From assembly GCA_964470375.1 (NCBI GenBank), contig CAYYCP010000001.1, forward strand, positions 63,686 through 127,685: a stretch of 64,000 nucleotides of DNA, in the 5' to 3' direction. Shown here piece by piece: positions 56,298 through 64,000 of this stretch. A program made the translations under genes and the position numbers. Every line of letters starts with the position of its first letter. The stretch's first letter is position 1. The notes under the pieces are model-generated. The model searched no databases, was not told the DNA's origin, and worked only from the letters and a program-made list of their open reading frames with translations. The DNA is from an uncultured Spirochaetales bacterium (GTDB taxonomy: Bacteria; Spirochaetota; Spirochaetia; Treponematales; JBGSOB01).

Positions 56298-57164
56298 CTA
56301 CATCATGGCGAACGAGGCCACGATCTCGCGCGTGAGCAGCCCCCAGCCGTTCATGACCACGAAGAGGACGATCTTGAAGGGCGTCGATATCATGACCGGC
56401 GGCAGCATGATCATGCCCATCGACATGAGGATTGAAGCAACCACCATGTCGATCACGATGAAAGGCACGTACAGAAGGATGCCTATCCTGAAGGCCACCT
56501 CCAGCTCGTTCAGGATGAAGGCCGGGATGAGGACATAGGTCGGCACGTCGGCCAGGGTGGCCGGCTTATCCAGGCCGCGCATGGACATGAACAGGCGGAT
56601 ATTGTCCGGATTGTCCTTCATCTGTGAGTACATGAATATGCGCAGGGGCTTTTCAGCCGCAGTGTAGGCTTCTTGAACCCCTATCTCGCCGCGCGAGAGG
56701 GGCTGGATGGAGTCGGCGTTGATGCGCTGGAACACCGGCCACATGATGAAGATGGTCAGGAAGAGGGAGATACCCATGATCACCGAGTTGGGCGGGGCCT
56801 GCTGGAGGGACAGAGCCTTCTTGGTGAAGTCCAGCACGATGGACACCCGCAGGAAGCTTGTCAGCAGGATGATCAGGGAGGGCGCCAGCGAGAGGACCGT
56901 CAGGAGGAGGAGAAGCTGGACCGAGAAGGCCACCTCCTTGCCGCTCGAGGGACTGCGGATGCTCACATCCACGAAGGGGATGGCGGGCAGGGTTGCGCTG
57001 GGCAGGGATACATTGCCCCGGGCGGACGGGGCGGCGCTGGGCACCGGCACCCGGGTGGCGGAGTCGGCCGGGCCGAAGGGGAATTCCTGGGCCGCCGCCC
57101 GCCCCTTGAGCGCGGCCGCGCCCAAGGCTAGGACAACGGTGACTATGGCGAGACTCCTTCTCAT
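56298..57164 (-). CDS. fliP: flagellar export apparatus protein FliP
   Basis: 288 aa. A long cleavable N-terminal signal region is followed by SLIILLTSFLRVSIVL, MGISLFLTIFIMWPV and LVVASILMSMGMIMLPP. Confidence 0.92.
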   Translation of the reverse strand: MRRSLAIVTVVLALGAAALKGRAAAQEFPFGPADSATRVPVPSAAPSARGNVSLPSATLPAIPFVDVSIRSPSSGKEVAFSVQLLLLLTVLSLAPSLIILLTSFLRVSIVLDFTKKALSLQQAPPNSVIMGISLFLTIFIMWPVFQRINADSIQPLSRGEIGVQEAYTAAEKPLRIFMYSQMKDNPDNIRLFMSMRGLDKPATLADVPTYVLIPAFILNELEVAFRIGILLYVPFIVIDMVVASILMSMGMIMLPPVMISTPFKIVLFVVMNGWGLLTREIVASFAMM

Positions 57165-57246
57165 GCCCCCCTCCCATCAGCTTCCGCGGCCCCCGCCGCG
57201 TTCTCGGAACGCCCTCATGGCGTCCGGCCCCGTCCCTGCGGCGGGC

Positions 57247-57789
57247 TTATTTCAGCCTGTTCAGGCGCTCCCTCTGGCGCGAGAGGAAATCCATCTGGTC
57301 GCCGCCGCCCCTATGTCCGGCGCGTCCCCTCCCTCCCAGGACCGACTCCAGAAGGGCGGCGAAGCCTCGTCCGGCCTTGGGCGCCTTCTGGGCCTCCAGC
57401 TCGAGGCCATCGAGGTATTCCTTATCGTCGATTTCCGCGATCAGCGAGACCGAGGACTCGCCACTCCCCAGGAGGAAGCCTCGTCCGCCGGCCTTTACCA
57501 CATGCACGGCCCGCCCGGGGGCCAGGGTGGTGCTGGCCAGGAGGGCCACCGGAGGCAGGCTGGATTTGGGCCCGCGGCGGGCCTTGAGCAAGAGGGCCAC
57601 AACTCCATAGATGGCCAGAGCTACCAGCCCAAGGATGACGAGCATCTGGACGAAGGGCCATATCCCGGTCCCGGCCGGACCCTTGGCGGCCGCGCCCTGG
57701 CCGGCCGCATCCTGGATGCCCAGGCTGGCCTCGTCGGGCAGGGCCGCTTGGGCCGAGGGCGAGGGACCCGCCTGGGCCGCGAGAGGCAT
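57247..57789 (-). CDS. fliO: FliO/FliZ-like single-pass flagellar protein (start uncertain)
   Basis: It sits in the canonical slot between fliY and fliP and has one TM helix, IWPFVQMLVILGLVALAIYGVVALLL. The frame stays open upstream to 57924 and encodes a signal-like KQRILAAVSAAVYLAINAS, so the true start may be a non-ATG codon upstream. Confidence 0.55.
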   Translation of the reverse strand: MPLAAQAGPSPSAQAALPDEASLGIQDAAGQGAAAKGPAGTGIWPFVQMLVILGLVALAIYGVVALLLKARRGPKSSLPPVALLASTTLAPGRAVHVVKAGGRGFLLGSGESSVSLIAEIDDKEYLDGLELEAQKAPKAGRGFAALLESVLGGRGRAGHRGGGDQMDFLSRQRERLNRLK

Positions 57790-57969
57790 TGACGCGTTGA
57801 TGGCTAGATAGACGGCGGCCGAGACGGCCGCCAGGATGCGCTGCTTCGTACTCCCCTCCCACAGTTCGTCACGAGCGCGCGCGGACCTGGATCCGCGCAG
57901 GATGTCGGGGCGGCTCGGCCGCCTTCATTTTTTATGCCCGGACGGTGTCTTTCCCCGCCGGGCCTCTTT

Positions 57970-59151
57970 TCAGCCCATGTCCACCATCCGCTCCATCGGA
58001 GAGACGATCTCCGTGACGCGAACTCCGAAATTCTCGTCGATGACCACCACCTCGCCCTTGGCGATGAGCTTGTGGTTGACCAAAATATCCACCGGCTCGC
58101 CGGCCAGCTTCTCCAGCTCGATGATAGTGCCCTCGCCCATGCCCAGAATTTCCTTGATGAGCTTCTTCGTGCGCCCCAGCTCGACCGTCATCTCCATGTA
58201 GACGTCCATAATGAGGCCGATGTTTCCGGCTTCCTGGCCGAAGGCCTGGGGCTGGAGGCTTGGGAATTGCACCGATTGGACGTTGGGCGGATTCATGCCC
58301 ATGACCGGCCCTGGAGCGTACTGGCCGAAGCCGGCCATGGCCCCCATGGCCTGGCCCTGACCGAAGCCCATGCCCGCGGCCTGGCCGAGGGCGGCCTGCC
58401 CCATACCCTGGCCGAAGACAGGCGCGGCGGCGGCCTGGGGAGCGCCGAAGGCTGGCATGGTCTGGGCTGAGGCCGCCTGCTCGAAGGACCCACCCTCGGC
58501 CCTGCCCCCGCCGGATGCTAGGACGATGTCCTTGACGAAGCCGAGCGAGAATATCTCGACGAGCTTTTCGGCCTTGCCCTGGCCTATTTGGACCTGGTAG
58601 GTAACGCGCAGGAAGTCCCCGTCGGGCAATTTAGCCATCGCCTTGGGCACGAAGCTCCCGGAGGCCGGGGCGGTCTGGATGCTCTTGTTGCCGGTCTTTT
58701 CGGAGAATACCGTCACGGTCGTGCCGGCCAGGGTGGAGATGGCTTCCTGGACCGCCGAGACGGCCATGTCGTCCAGCTCGGACAGCCCCTCCTCCTTGTT
58801 GGCCAGGGCGGCGATGCGCAGGGCCAGCTCCTTGGACAAGATGTAGACGTGATCCCCGGGGACCCCGCCGGTCATCTCGGCGTCCACGGCCAGGACCTCC
58901 TCCGGCACGGATTGCAGGAGGGCGTCGCGGTTCACCAAGTCGGCCACAGGGCGCTGGAAGGTGGTCTGCTGCCCGGTGATGGTGAGCATATTCTGCCCCT
59001 GGGTGGCCAGGGTCTCCTCGAGCATGGCCAGGAAGGCCTTCTTCTCGGCCTCGCTCAGGCCGGCCCCGCCGCCGCCCGCGCCGCCCATCCCCGGATCGAT
59101 GCCTGAAAGGAGAGCGTCTATCTCATCCTGCGAGAGGGATCCGTCGCTCAT
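57970..59151 (-). CDS. fliY: flagellar motor switch protein FliY (FliN-domain C-terminus)
   Basis: ATG 59151 (MSDGSLSQDEIDALL) overlaps the fliM stop (ATGA). The C-terminal SpoA/FliN domain runs MEMTVELGRTKKLIKEILGMGEGTIIELEKLAGEPVDILVNHKLIAKGEVVVIDENFGVRVTEI. The middle region is CheC-like. Confidence 0.85.
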   Translation of the reverse strand: MSDGSLSQDEIDALLSGIDPGMGGAGGGGAGLSEAEKKAFLAMLEETLATQGQNMLTITGQQTTFQRPVADLVNRDALLQSVPEEVLAVDAEMTGGVPGDHVYILSKELALRIAALANKEEGLSELDDMAVSAVQEAISTLAGTTVTVFSEKTGNKSIQTAPASGSFVPKAMAKLPDGDFLRVTYQVQIGQGKAEKLVEIFSLGFVKDIVLASGGGRAEGGSFEQAASAQTMPAFGAPQAAAAPVFGQGMGQAALGQAAGMGFGQGQAMGAMAGFGQYAPGPVMGMNPPNVQSVQFPSLQPQAFGQEAGNIGLIMDVYMEMTVELGRTKKLIKEILGMGEGTIIELEKLAGEPVDILVNHKLIAKGEVVVIDENFGVRVTEIVSPMERMVDMG

Positions 59152-60179
59152 AGCTTTTCGTCTCCTTCCGTGGCGAGTTCCTCGAATTCGTCCTGCCCGA
59201 GCTCCTCGAGCTTCTTGGTTATCTGGACCGCCATCTTCTTGCCGATCACCCCCGGCCGGCAAAGGAACTTCTTGCGGTTGCCGACGGTCAGGGTCATGGG
59301 GTCCGATACGCGGGTGTTATAGAGCCTGATCACGTCCCCCAGCCTGAGGGAGAGGACGTCGCGGATGGAAATGTTGATGCGCCCGAACTCGGCCACTACG
59401 GTCACGTCGACGTTGGAGAGCTTGTCCTTCAGGATGTTCAAGTTTTCCGTGGTGGTGCCGCGGCGCACCGACGAGTACCAGTACTGGGCCGACAGCTTGG
59501 AAATGATGGGCTCGATAGTCAGGTAGGGGATGCACAGGTTCATCATGCCCTCGACCTCGCCCACCTTGGTCTCCAGGGTCACCAGGACCACCATCTCGTT
59601 GGGCGGCACGATGGAGGCGAACTGGGGGTTGGTCTCTATGTTGGACAGGCGCGGGCGGAGATCGATGACCGTCGCCCAGGCCTCGCGCATGTTCCCCAGG
59701 ATGCGCACGATGATGCCTTCCATGACCGACTGCTCGATGTCGGTGAGCTCGCGCTGGACCTTGATGCCCTCGCCCGAGCCGCCGAACAGGCGGTCGATTA
59801 TGGAGAAGGTGACGGCCGGGTCGACTTCTAGGATGGATTGACCCTTGAGTGGGTCCATGGAGATGATGGCCAGGGTGGTGGGGGTGGGTATGGAGCGGAT
59901 GAATTCCTCGTAGGTCAGCTGGTCCACCGAGGCCACGTGGACATGCACCAGGGAGCGCAGGGAGGCCGACAGGGAGGTGGTGGTCAGGCGGGCGAAGGTC
60001 TCGTGCATGATCGAGACCGTGCGGATCTGCTCCTTGGAAAATTTGTCGGGACGCTTGAAATCATAGATCTTGATCTTGCGCGTGTCGGCGGTCGGCCGGA
60101 TATCCTCGGGCTCCGAATCGCCCTGGTTTATGGCCGTAAGGAGCTGGTCTATCTCGTCCTGAGAAAGAACCTCTGTCAT
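59148..60179 (-). CDS. fliM: flagellar motor switch protein FliM
   Basis: The start is placed at ATG 60179 (MTEVLSQDEIDQLL, the CheY-P binding peptide) with GGGAGGAG upstream. The FliM middle domain and a C-terminal SpoA domain are present. Confidence 0.9.
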   Translation of the reverse strand: MTEVLSQDEIDQLLTAINQGDSEPEDIRPTADTRKIKIYDFKRPDKFSKEQIRTVSIMHETFARLTTTSLSASLRSLVHVHVASVDQLTYEEFIRSIPTPTTLAIISMDPLKGQSILEVDPAVTFSIIDRLFGGSGEGIKVQRELTDIEQSVMEGIIVRILGNMREAWATVIDLRPRLSNIETNPQFASIVPPNEMVVLVTLETKVGEVEGMMNLCIPYLTIEPIISKLSAQYWYSSVRRGTTTENLNILKDKLSNVDVTVVAEFGRINISIRDVLSLRLGDVIRLYNTRVSDPMTLTVGNRKKFLCRPGVIGKKMAVQITKKLEELGQDEFEELATEGDEKL

Positions 60180-60240
60180 GCCTTCCCCTCTCCTCCCATA
60201 TAATGGCACGGAAATACGGGAAAATGCAACCGACTTCCGC

Positions 60241-60271
60241 AAAAAAACGCGGGAAAAGCCGGGTTTTCGCG
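60241..60271 (-). terminator. terminator- or attenuator-like hairpin with U7 tail between fliL and fliM
   Basis: On the minus strand: CGCGAAAA-CCCGGC-TTTT(CC)CGCG followed by TTTTTTT. This is an 8-bp stem with a 2-nt bulge, so weaker than the other terminators. Confidence 0.4.
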
Positions 60272-60381
60272 TTGGCTGAAGCCGTTTCCGGCCCCGCTCC
60301 GCCCCGCCTCGTCCAAGCCGTCGGATCCTGGGCCGATGAAGCCCCCGGATCGGCCATCCGGCCTCCCCGGCGCGTCCCCCG

Positions 60382-60924
60382 TCACATCTTCACGACGTCC
60401 AGCTTCTCGAAGAGGATGTCTCGGATGCCCTTGGAACGCATGATGTCGTTGAGGCGCTCCCGCAGCTCCTCCTTGACCCGCCGCTCGCGGGCCGGGCTCA
60501 AGTCATCGGCCTTCTTGGTGGAGAAATAATTGCGCAGGAAGTCGCGGATCTGGGCCTGGCGGGCGTTCAGCTCGTTCTCCAGCTCCTTGTCGCCCTTGTC
60601 ATAGCCTATCAGCACCTTGACCGATACCGAGGCCGGCGGGTCGTCCATAGTCCTGAGGCGCAGCTCCGGGACCTGGGATGAGTAGGCGTACTCCGGCAGG
60701 ACGTCCTGGTACTCCTCGCTGGCCGGCACGACCGTTTGGGCCTGGCCGCGCCCGCCTGCCAGGGTGAGAGTGAGCCAAGCGATAGTGAACATGAGGATGA
60801 CGGCTCCCAGGATGATGCCTACGATGCCCAGTATCCTCAGGATGGGGATGCCCAGCCCGCGGCGCTTCTCCTGGGACGGCTTCTCCTGCGCGGTGCCCTC
60901 GTCTGAAAAGTCAATATCCGACAT
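60382..60924 (-). CDS. fliL: flagellar basal-body-associated protein FliL
   Basis: 180 aa with a single TM helix (ILGIVGIILGAVILMFTIAWLTL). The periplasmic domain, with LRLRTMDDPPASVSVKVLIGY ... IRDFLRNYFSTK ... ILFEKLDV, is typical of FliL. Confidence 0.8.
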   Translation of the reverse strand: MSDIDFSDEGTAQEKPSQEKRRGLGIPILRILGIVGIILGAVILMFTIAWLTLTLAGGRGQAQTVVPASEEYQDVLPEYAYSSQVPELRLRTMDDPPASVSVKVLIGYDKGDKELENELNARQAQIRDFLRNYFSTKKADDLSPARERRVKEELRERLNDIMRSKGIRDILFEKLDVVKM

Positions 60925-60936
60925 GTTTCGAGCCTC

Positions 60937-61668
60937 CTAGAGATGACCCTCGTCGAGGATCACGATGTCGACGCGGCGGTTGTAGGCCCGCCCCTCCGGG
61001 CTGTCGTTGCTCGCCAACGGGACGGTGTCCGAAAATCCGGCCACCTGGAAGCGGCTTTCCTCCACCCCGAAGTCGGCCAGGAAGCCCAGGACGTTGATGG
61101 AACGGGCCGCGGACAGCTCCCAATTGGACTTCCAGGGACCGTCCGGGTCCACCGGCAGGGAATCCGTGTGGCCCTCGATGCGTATCTTTCGGTCGGCCAG
61201 CTCCGGGGAGAGGAGGAGCTCCGTCAGGCGGATCAACATCTGGCGGGTCTCTTCGATATTTATTTGGGCCGAGGCCGGCCTGAAGAAGGCGTCTGAGGCA
61301 AGGCTGATCACCAGGCCGCGCTCATCGTGGGTGACGCGGACCTTGTTGGAGCGGATCTCCGGGCTGAACAGCGAGACGGCTTTCTTGAGGCTTGTGCCCA
61401 GGTAATTGCCCTTCTCCATGGAGGGCAGAGTCGAGACGGTGTTGCCCAGGTCGGCCAGCTTGCCGGTGGCCAGGGTGGGCGCGCCCTCGTTGGCCCCCAT
61501 GCCCTGGGCCGAGAGCTGGGACAGCATCACATCCATCTGCTGGACATCCACGTCGGTCACGTCGAAGAGGGCCACGAAGAAGCACAGGAGGAGGGTCATC
61601 ATATCCGAGTAGGTCAGGATCCACGCCCCGGTGCCGCTGGCCTCCTCAGGCTTCCGCTTGCGCGCCAT
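60937..61668 (-). CDS. motB: flagellar motor stator protein MotB
   Basis: 243 aa. The TM plug region is WILTYSDMMTLLLCFFVALF. OmpA-like motifs are IRIEGHTDSLP, NWELSAARS and NRRVDIVIL. Confidence 0.9.
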   Translation of the reverse strand: MARKRKPEEASGTGAWILTYSDMMTLLLCFFVALFDVTDVDVQQMDVMLSQLSAQGMGANEGAPTLATGKLADLGNTVSTLPSMEKGNYLGTSLKKAVSLFSPEIRSNKVRVTHDERGLVISLASDAFFRPASAQINIEETRQMLIRLTELLLSPELADRKIRIEGHTDSLPVDPDGPWKSNWELSAARSINVLGFLADFGVEESRFQVAGFSDTVPLASNDSPEGRAYNRRVDIVILDEGHL

Positions 61669-61671
61669 GCC

Positions 61672-62454
61672 CTAGTCCTTGAGGAGCTCGCTCTCCAGCT
61701 TGGCCCGCTCGACAGGGTCCAGGTAGGAGAGGAGCTTCAGGGTCAGGATGCGCGGGTTGTCGCCGGCCTGGATGGACAGTACTCCCTCTATGGCCATCTC
61801 GCGGTAGACCGTCTCCTGCTCGTCCTTGGCCACCAACGAACCCATGATGGGCACCAGGAGGGCGTTGGCCATGATGGCCCCGTAGAAAGTGGTCACCAGG
61901 GCCACGGCCATGTTGGGGCCTATACGGGTCTTGTCCTGGATGTTCTTCATCATGGCGATCAATCCAAGGACCGTCCCCAACATGCCGAAGCCAGGGGCCA
62001 GCTTGGACCAGGCGTCCACCATCTTATGCCATTTGGCGTGGCGGGCGTTCATGCCGTTGAGCTCGTTCTCCATCAGGCTGCGGATGATCTCGGCGTCCGT
62101 TCCGTCCACCACCAGCTTGAGGCCGTTCTTCATGAAGGGGTCGTCGATCTCCTCGACCACCTCCTCCAGGGCCAGGAGTCCCTCTCGACGGGCCTTCTCG
62201 GAGAGCTCCTGGAGCTTCTGGATCAGGCCTGCCACGTTCAGCTTGTAATGCCTGAAGGCCTTGCCCATGATCTTGAAGATGGTGATGCAGTCCTTGAAGC
62301 CGTACTGCAGCATCAGCGAGAAGTAGGAACCGCCGATAGTGCAGAATACCGATGGCAGGTCGGCGTAGTCCCTGGGGGTGCCGCCCGAGCCCATCATGGC
62401 GATGATCAGCATGGCGATCCAACCGACGACCCCGACGATCGCGCCTATGTTCAT
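61672..62454 (-). CDS. motA: flagellar motor stator protein MotA
   Basis: The start is placed at ATG 62454 (MNIGAIVGVV). Four TM helices and the MotA/TolQ/ExbB C-terminal block GMLGTVLGLIAMM ... ALVTTFYGAIMAN are present. The 78-aa basic N-extension in the ORF track overlaps flbD and is rejected. Confidence 0.9.
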   Translation of the reverse strand: MNIGAIVGVVGWIAMLIIAMMGSGGTPRDYADLPSVFCTIGGSYFSLMLQYGFKDCITIFKIMGKAFRHYKLNVAGLIQKLQELSEKARREGLLALEEVVEEIDDPFMKNGLKLVVDGTDAEIIRSLMENELNGMNARHAKWHKMVDAWSKLAPGFGMLGTVLGLIAMMKNIQDKTRIGPNMAVALVTTFYGAIMANALLVPIMGSLVAKDEQETVYREMAIEGVLSIQAGDNPRILTLKLLSYLDPVERAKLESELLKD

Positions 62455-62456
62455 GC

Positions 62457-62654
62457 CTATACCTCGTTCTTGAAGGATCCGATGAGCCCGCGGTAGGCCA
62501 CGATGCGCTGTATGACCGTTTCCGGCTTCTCGCGCACCACGATGCGCTTCCCCGAGAGCATGACCAGGGTGGTGTCGGGGTTTGACTCCATGTACTCGAT
62601 CTGGTGGGGATTGAGCCAGTAGACCGTCCCGTCCAGCCTGGTCACCTCTATCAT
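62457..62654 (-). CDS. flbD: flagellar protein FlbD
   Basis: 65 aa. MIEVTRLDGTVYWLNPHQIEYMESNPDTTLVMLSGKRIVVREKPETV matches the FlbD family. It lies immediately upstream of motA, as in spirochaete and Firmicute operons. Confidence 0.85.
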   Translation of the reverse strand: MIEVTRLDGTVYWLNPHQIEYMESNPDTTLVMLSGKRIVVREKPETVIQRIVAYRGLIGSFKNEV

Positions 62655-62769
62655 GCCCCTCTCCCGCGGACGCTTTCCGCCCGCTCAAGTATATAACCGG
62701 CCCCCGCCCACGGACAGCCCGCCCGGCGGGAGCCCTAGCCGCGCCTCTGCGGACGCGGCGTCAGCTCGA

Positions 62770-64000
62770 TCAGCGCTTCAGCGTCATCAGCTCCTGCAGC
62801 ATCTGGTCCGATGTCTGGATAGTCTTCGAATTGGCCTGGAAGCCGCGCTGGGTGACGATCATGTCGGTGAACTGCTCGGCCAGGTCAACGTTGGACATCT
62901 CAAGTGTGCCGGCGATGATCTTGCCCCGCCCGCCCGTCTGGGTGGTGCCCACGTTGGGCTCGCCGGAATTATTTGATACGATATAGGTGTTTTCGCCGGC
63001 CTTCTCGAGGCCGCCCGGATTCTTGAAGCTGGCCAGGGCTATCTGCCCCAGGATCCGATCCACGCCGTTTGAGAAAACCCCGGTGATGACGCCGGACTGG
63101 TCGATCTTGAAGGTGTCAAGGTACCCCATGGTGTAGCCGTCCTGACGGATGCCCTTGGTCGAGGTGGCCGAGGCGAATTGGGTGATGCTGTCCCTGGCCG
63201 ATCCGATTGTCCCCAAGTTGATCGTCAGCTCCTGGCGGAGCTGGCCCCCGGCGGCGTCCGGGCTGGTCTGGGGCACATCGAAGGCCAGGCGCACCTGGGC
63301 CAGGCCCTCGGCGGCCAGGGCCTCGGCGCCCACGCGAGCCCCGCGCAGGAGGCCGTTGTTGTCGAATTCCACCACGAAGGCGTTGCCGGCACCGGTTTGG
63401 CCGGGAAGGAAGACCTGGGTGTTGGTGGGCACGGCAGCCTCGGGATCCACGGTAACCAGGGCGTTCCACTGGTTGGGGCTTCCGGTCACCCGGCTGAAAT
63501 CGATCCTAAGCACGTGCTTGGTGCCGAAGGCGTCGTATACATCGAAATCCGTGCGGATGGTATTGCGGGCTATGGTGGCCTCGTTGGCCCCGTCGGGGAT
63601 CTCGGCGGTGCGCTTGTCCAGGTTACAAGCGTAGTCGACCTGGGTAGTGGCCCGGGCCGGCTCCTTTGTCCCTACCGGCACGAACAGGTCCTCGGGGTTG
63701 GCGGACACGTTCAGCACGTCCTCGGTGCCGATGCGCCGGGACATCCAGCCCTGCACGCGCATGCCGTTGGCCGGGTTGACCAGGCGGCCGTCGACGTCCA
63801 GGCCGAAGGCTCCGGCGCGGGTGTAGTAGCTGCGTTCACCGTTTTTAAGGATGAAAAAGCCATTGCCCTGTATTGCCACGTCGTCGACCTTGCCGGTGGA
63901 CTGCAGGGCCCCCTGGACGTGCAGGGTGTCCACGCTGGCCACCAGCATGCCCAAGCCGATCTCCTTGGGATTCACCCCACCGGTCTCGGCTGTGGGCCGG
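62770..64000 (-). CDS. flgE: flagellar hook protein FlgE (N-terminus beyond window end)
   Basis: The C-terminal flagellar rod/hook signature is LEMSNVDLAEQFTDMIVTQRGFQANSKTIQTSDQMLQELMTLKR. The frame remains open to position 64000 (reads ...TAETGGVNPKEIGLG), so the listed GTG start is internal. Confidence 0.9.
   Translation of the reverse strand, partial: RPTAETGGVNPKEIGLGMLVASVDTLHVQGALQSTGKVDDVAIQGNGFFILKNGERSYYTRAGAFGLDVDGRLVNPANGMRVQGWMSRRIGTEDVLNVSANPEDLFVPVGTKEPARATTQVDYACNLDKRTAEIPDGANEATIARNTIRTDFDVYDAFGTKHVLRIDFSRVTGSPNQWNALVTVDPEAAVPTNTQVFLPGQTGAGNAFVVEFDNNGLLRGARVGAEALAAEGLAQVRLAFDVPQTSPDAAGGQLRQELTINLGTIGSARDSITQFASATSTKGIRQDGYTMGYLDTFKIDQSGVITGVFSNGVDRILGQIALASFKNPGGLEKAGENTYIVSNNSGEPNVGTTQTGGRGKIIAGTLEMSNVDLAEQFTDMIVTQRGFQANSKTIQTSDQMLQELMTLKR

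Noticed and set aside
60203-60529. 108-aa plus-strand ORF (MARKYGKMQPTSAKKRGKSRV...) starting in the fliL-fliM gap
   Set aside because: Most of it is antisense to fliL, with basic low-complexity composition and no RBS. The gap is better explained by RNA-level signals. A very short peptide cannot be excluded without ribosome profiling.

Overview
This is a GC-rich (roughly two-thirds G+C by eye), very tightly packed chromosomal window from a spirochaete, most likely a Treponema-like lineage. Two blocks place it there. The first is the spirochaete-type motility super-operon on the minus strand (about 45.2-64.0 kb): flgE-flbD-motA-motB-fliL-fliM-fliY-fliO-fliP-fliQ-fliR-flhB-flhA-flhF-flhG-x-fliA-fapA plus three unknown tail genes. 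The second is the block ppdK / hypothetical / cfpA (cytoplasmic filament protein) / vWA protein (19.6-26.6 kb), which matches the T. pallidum TP0746-TP0750 neighbourhood as I remember it. The rest is housekeeping and envelope content: two tandem DUF115/Maf-like proteins, a rarA fusion, folC, a c-di-GMP set (GGDEF cyclase and a PilZ membrane protein), a caspase-like lipoprotein, Nudix, TPR, nrnA, a SPOR protein, miaB, a radical-SAM/folD/folE2/AICARFT-only operon, a tailed HU, pgi, murG, cvpA, holB and a sigma-54 two-component pair. About 60 CDS are supported. Many are joined by ATGA/GTGA start-stop overlaps, and several convergent pairs overlap at their 3' ends. I saw no rRNA, tRNA, CRISPR array, IS/transposase, integrase or obvious prophage or defence island. 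I did not find a clear-cut novel system. The leads most worth a second look are the radical-SAM + folD-folE2-orphan AICARFT operon, the ~310-aa C-terminal extension on RarA, the caspase-like lipoprotein coupled to a small secreted Gly-rich protein, the cfpA-associated hypothetical, the unknown genes at the tail of the flagellar operon, and a terminator-like hairpin in an unusual 200-nt gap between fliL and fliM. All family assignments come from motifs read in the supplied translations and from remembered synteny, not from searches. The many long ORFs antisense to real genes are typical high-GC shadow frames and were rejected.
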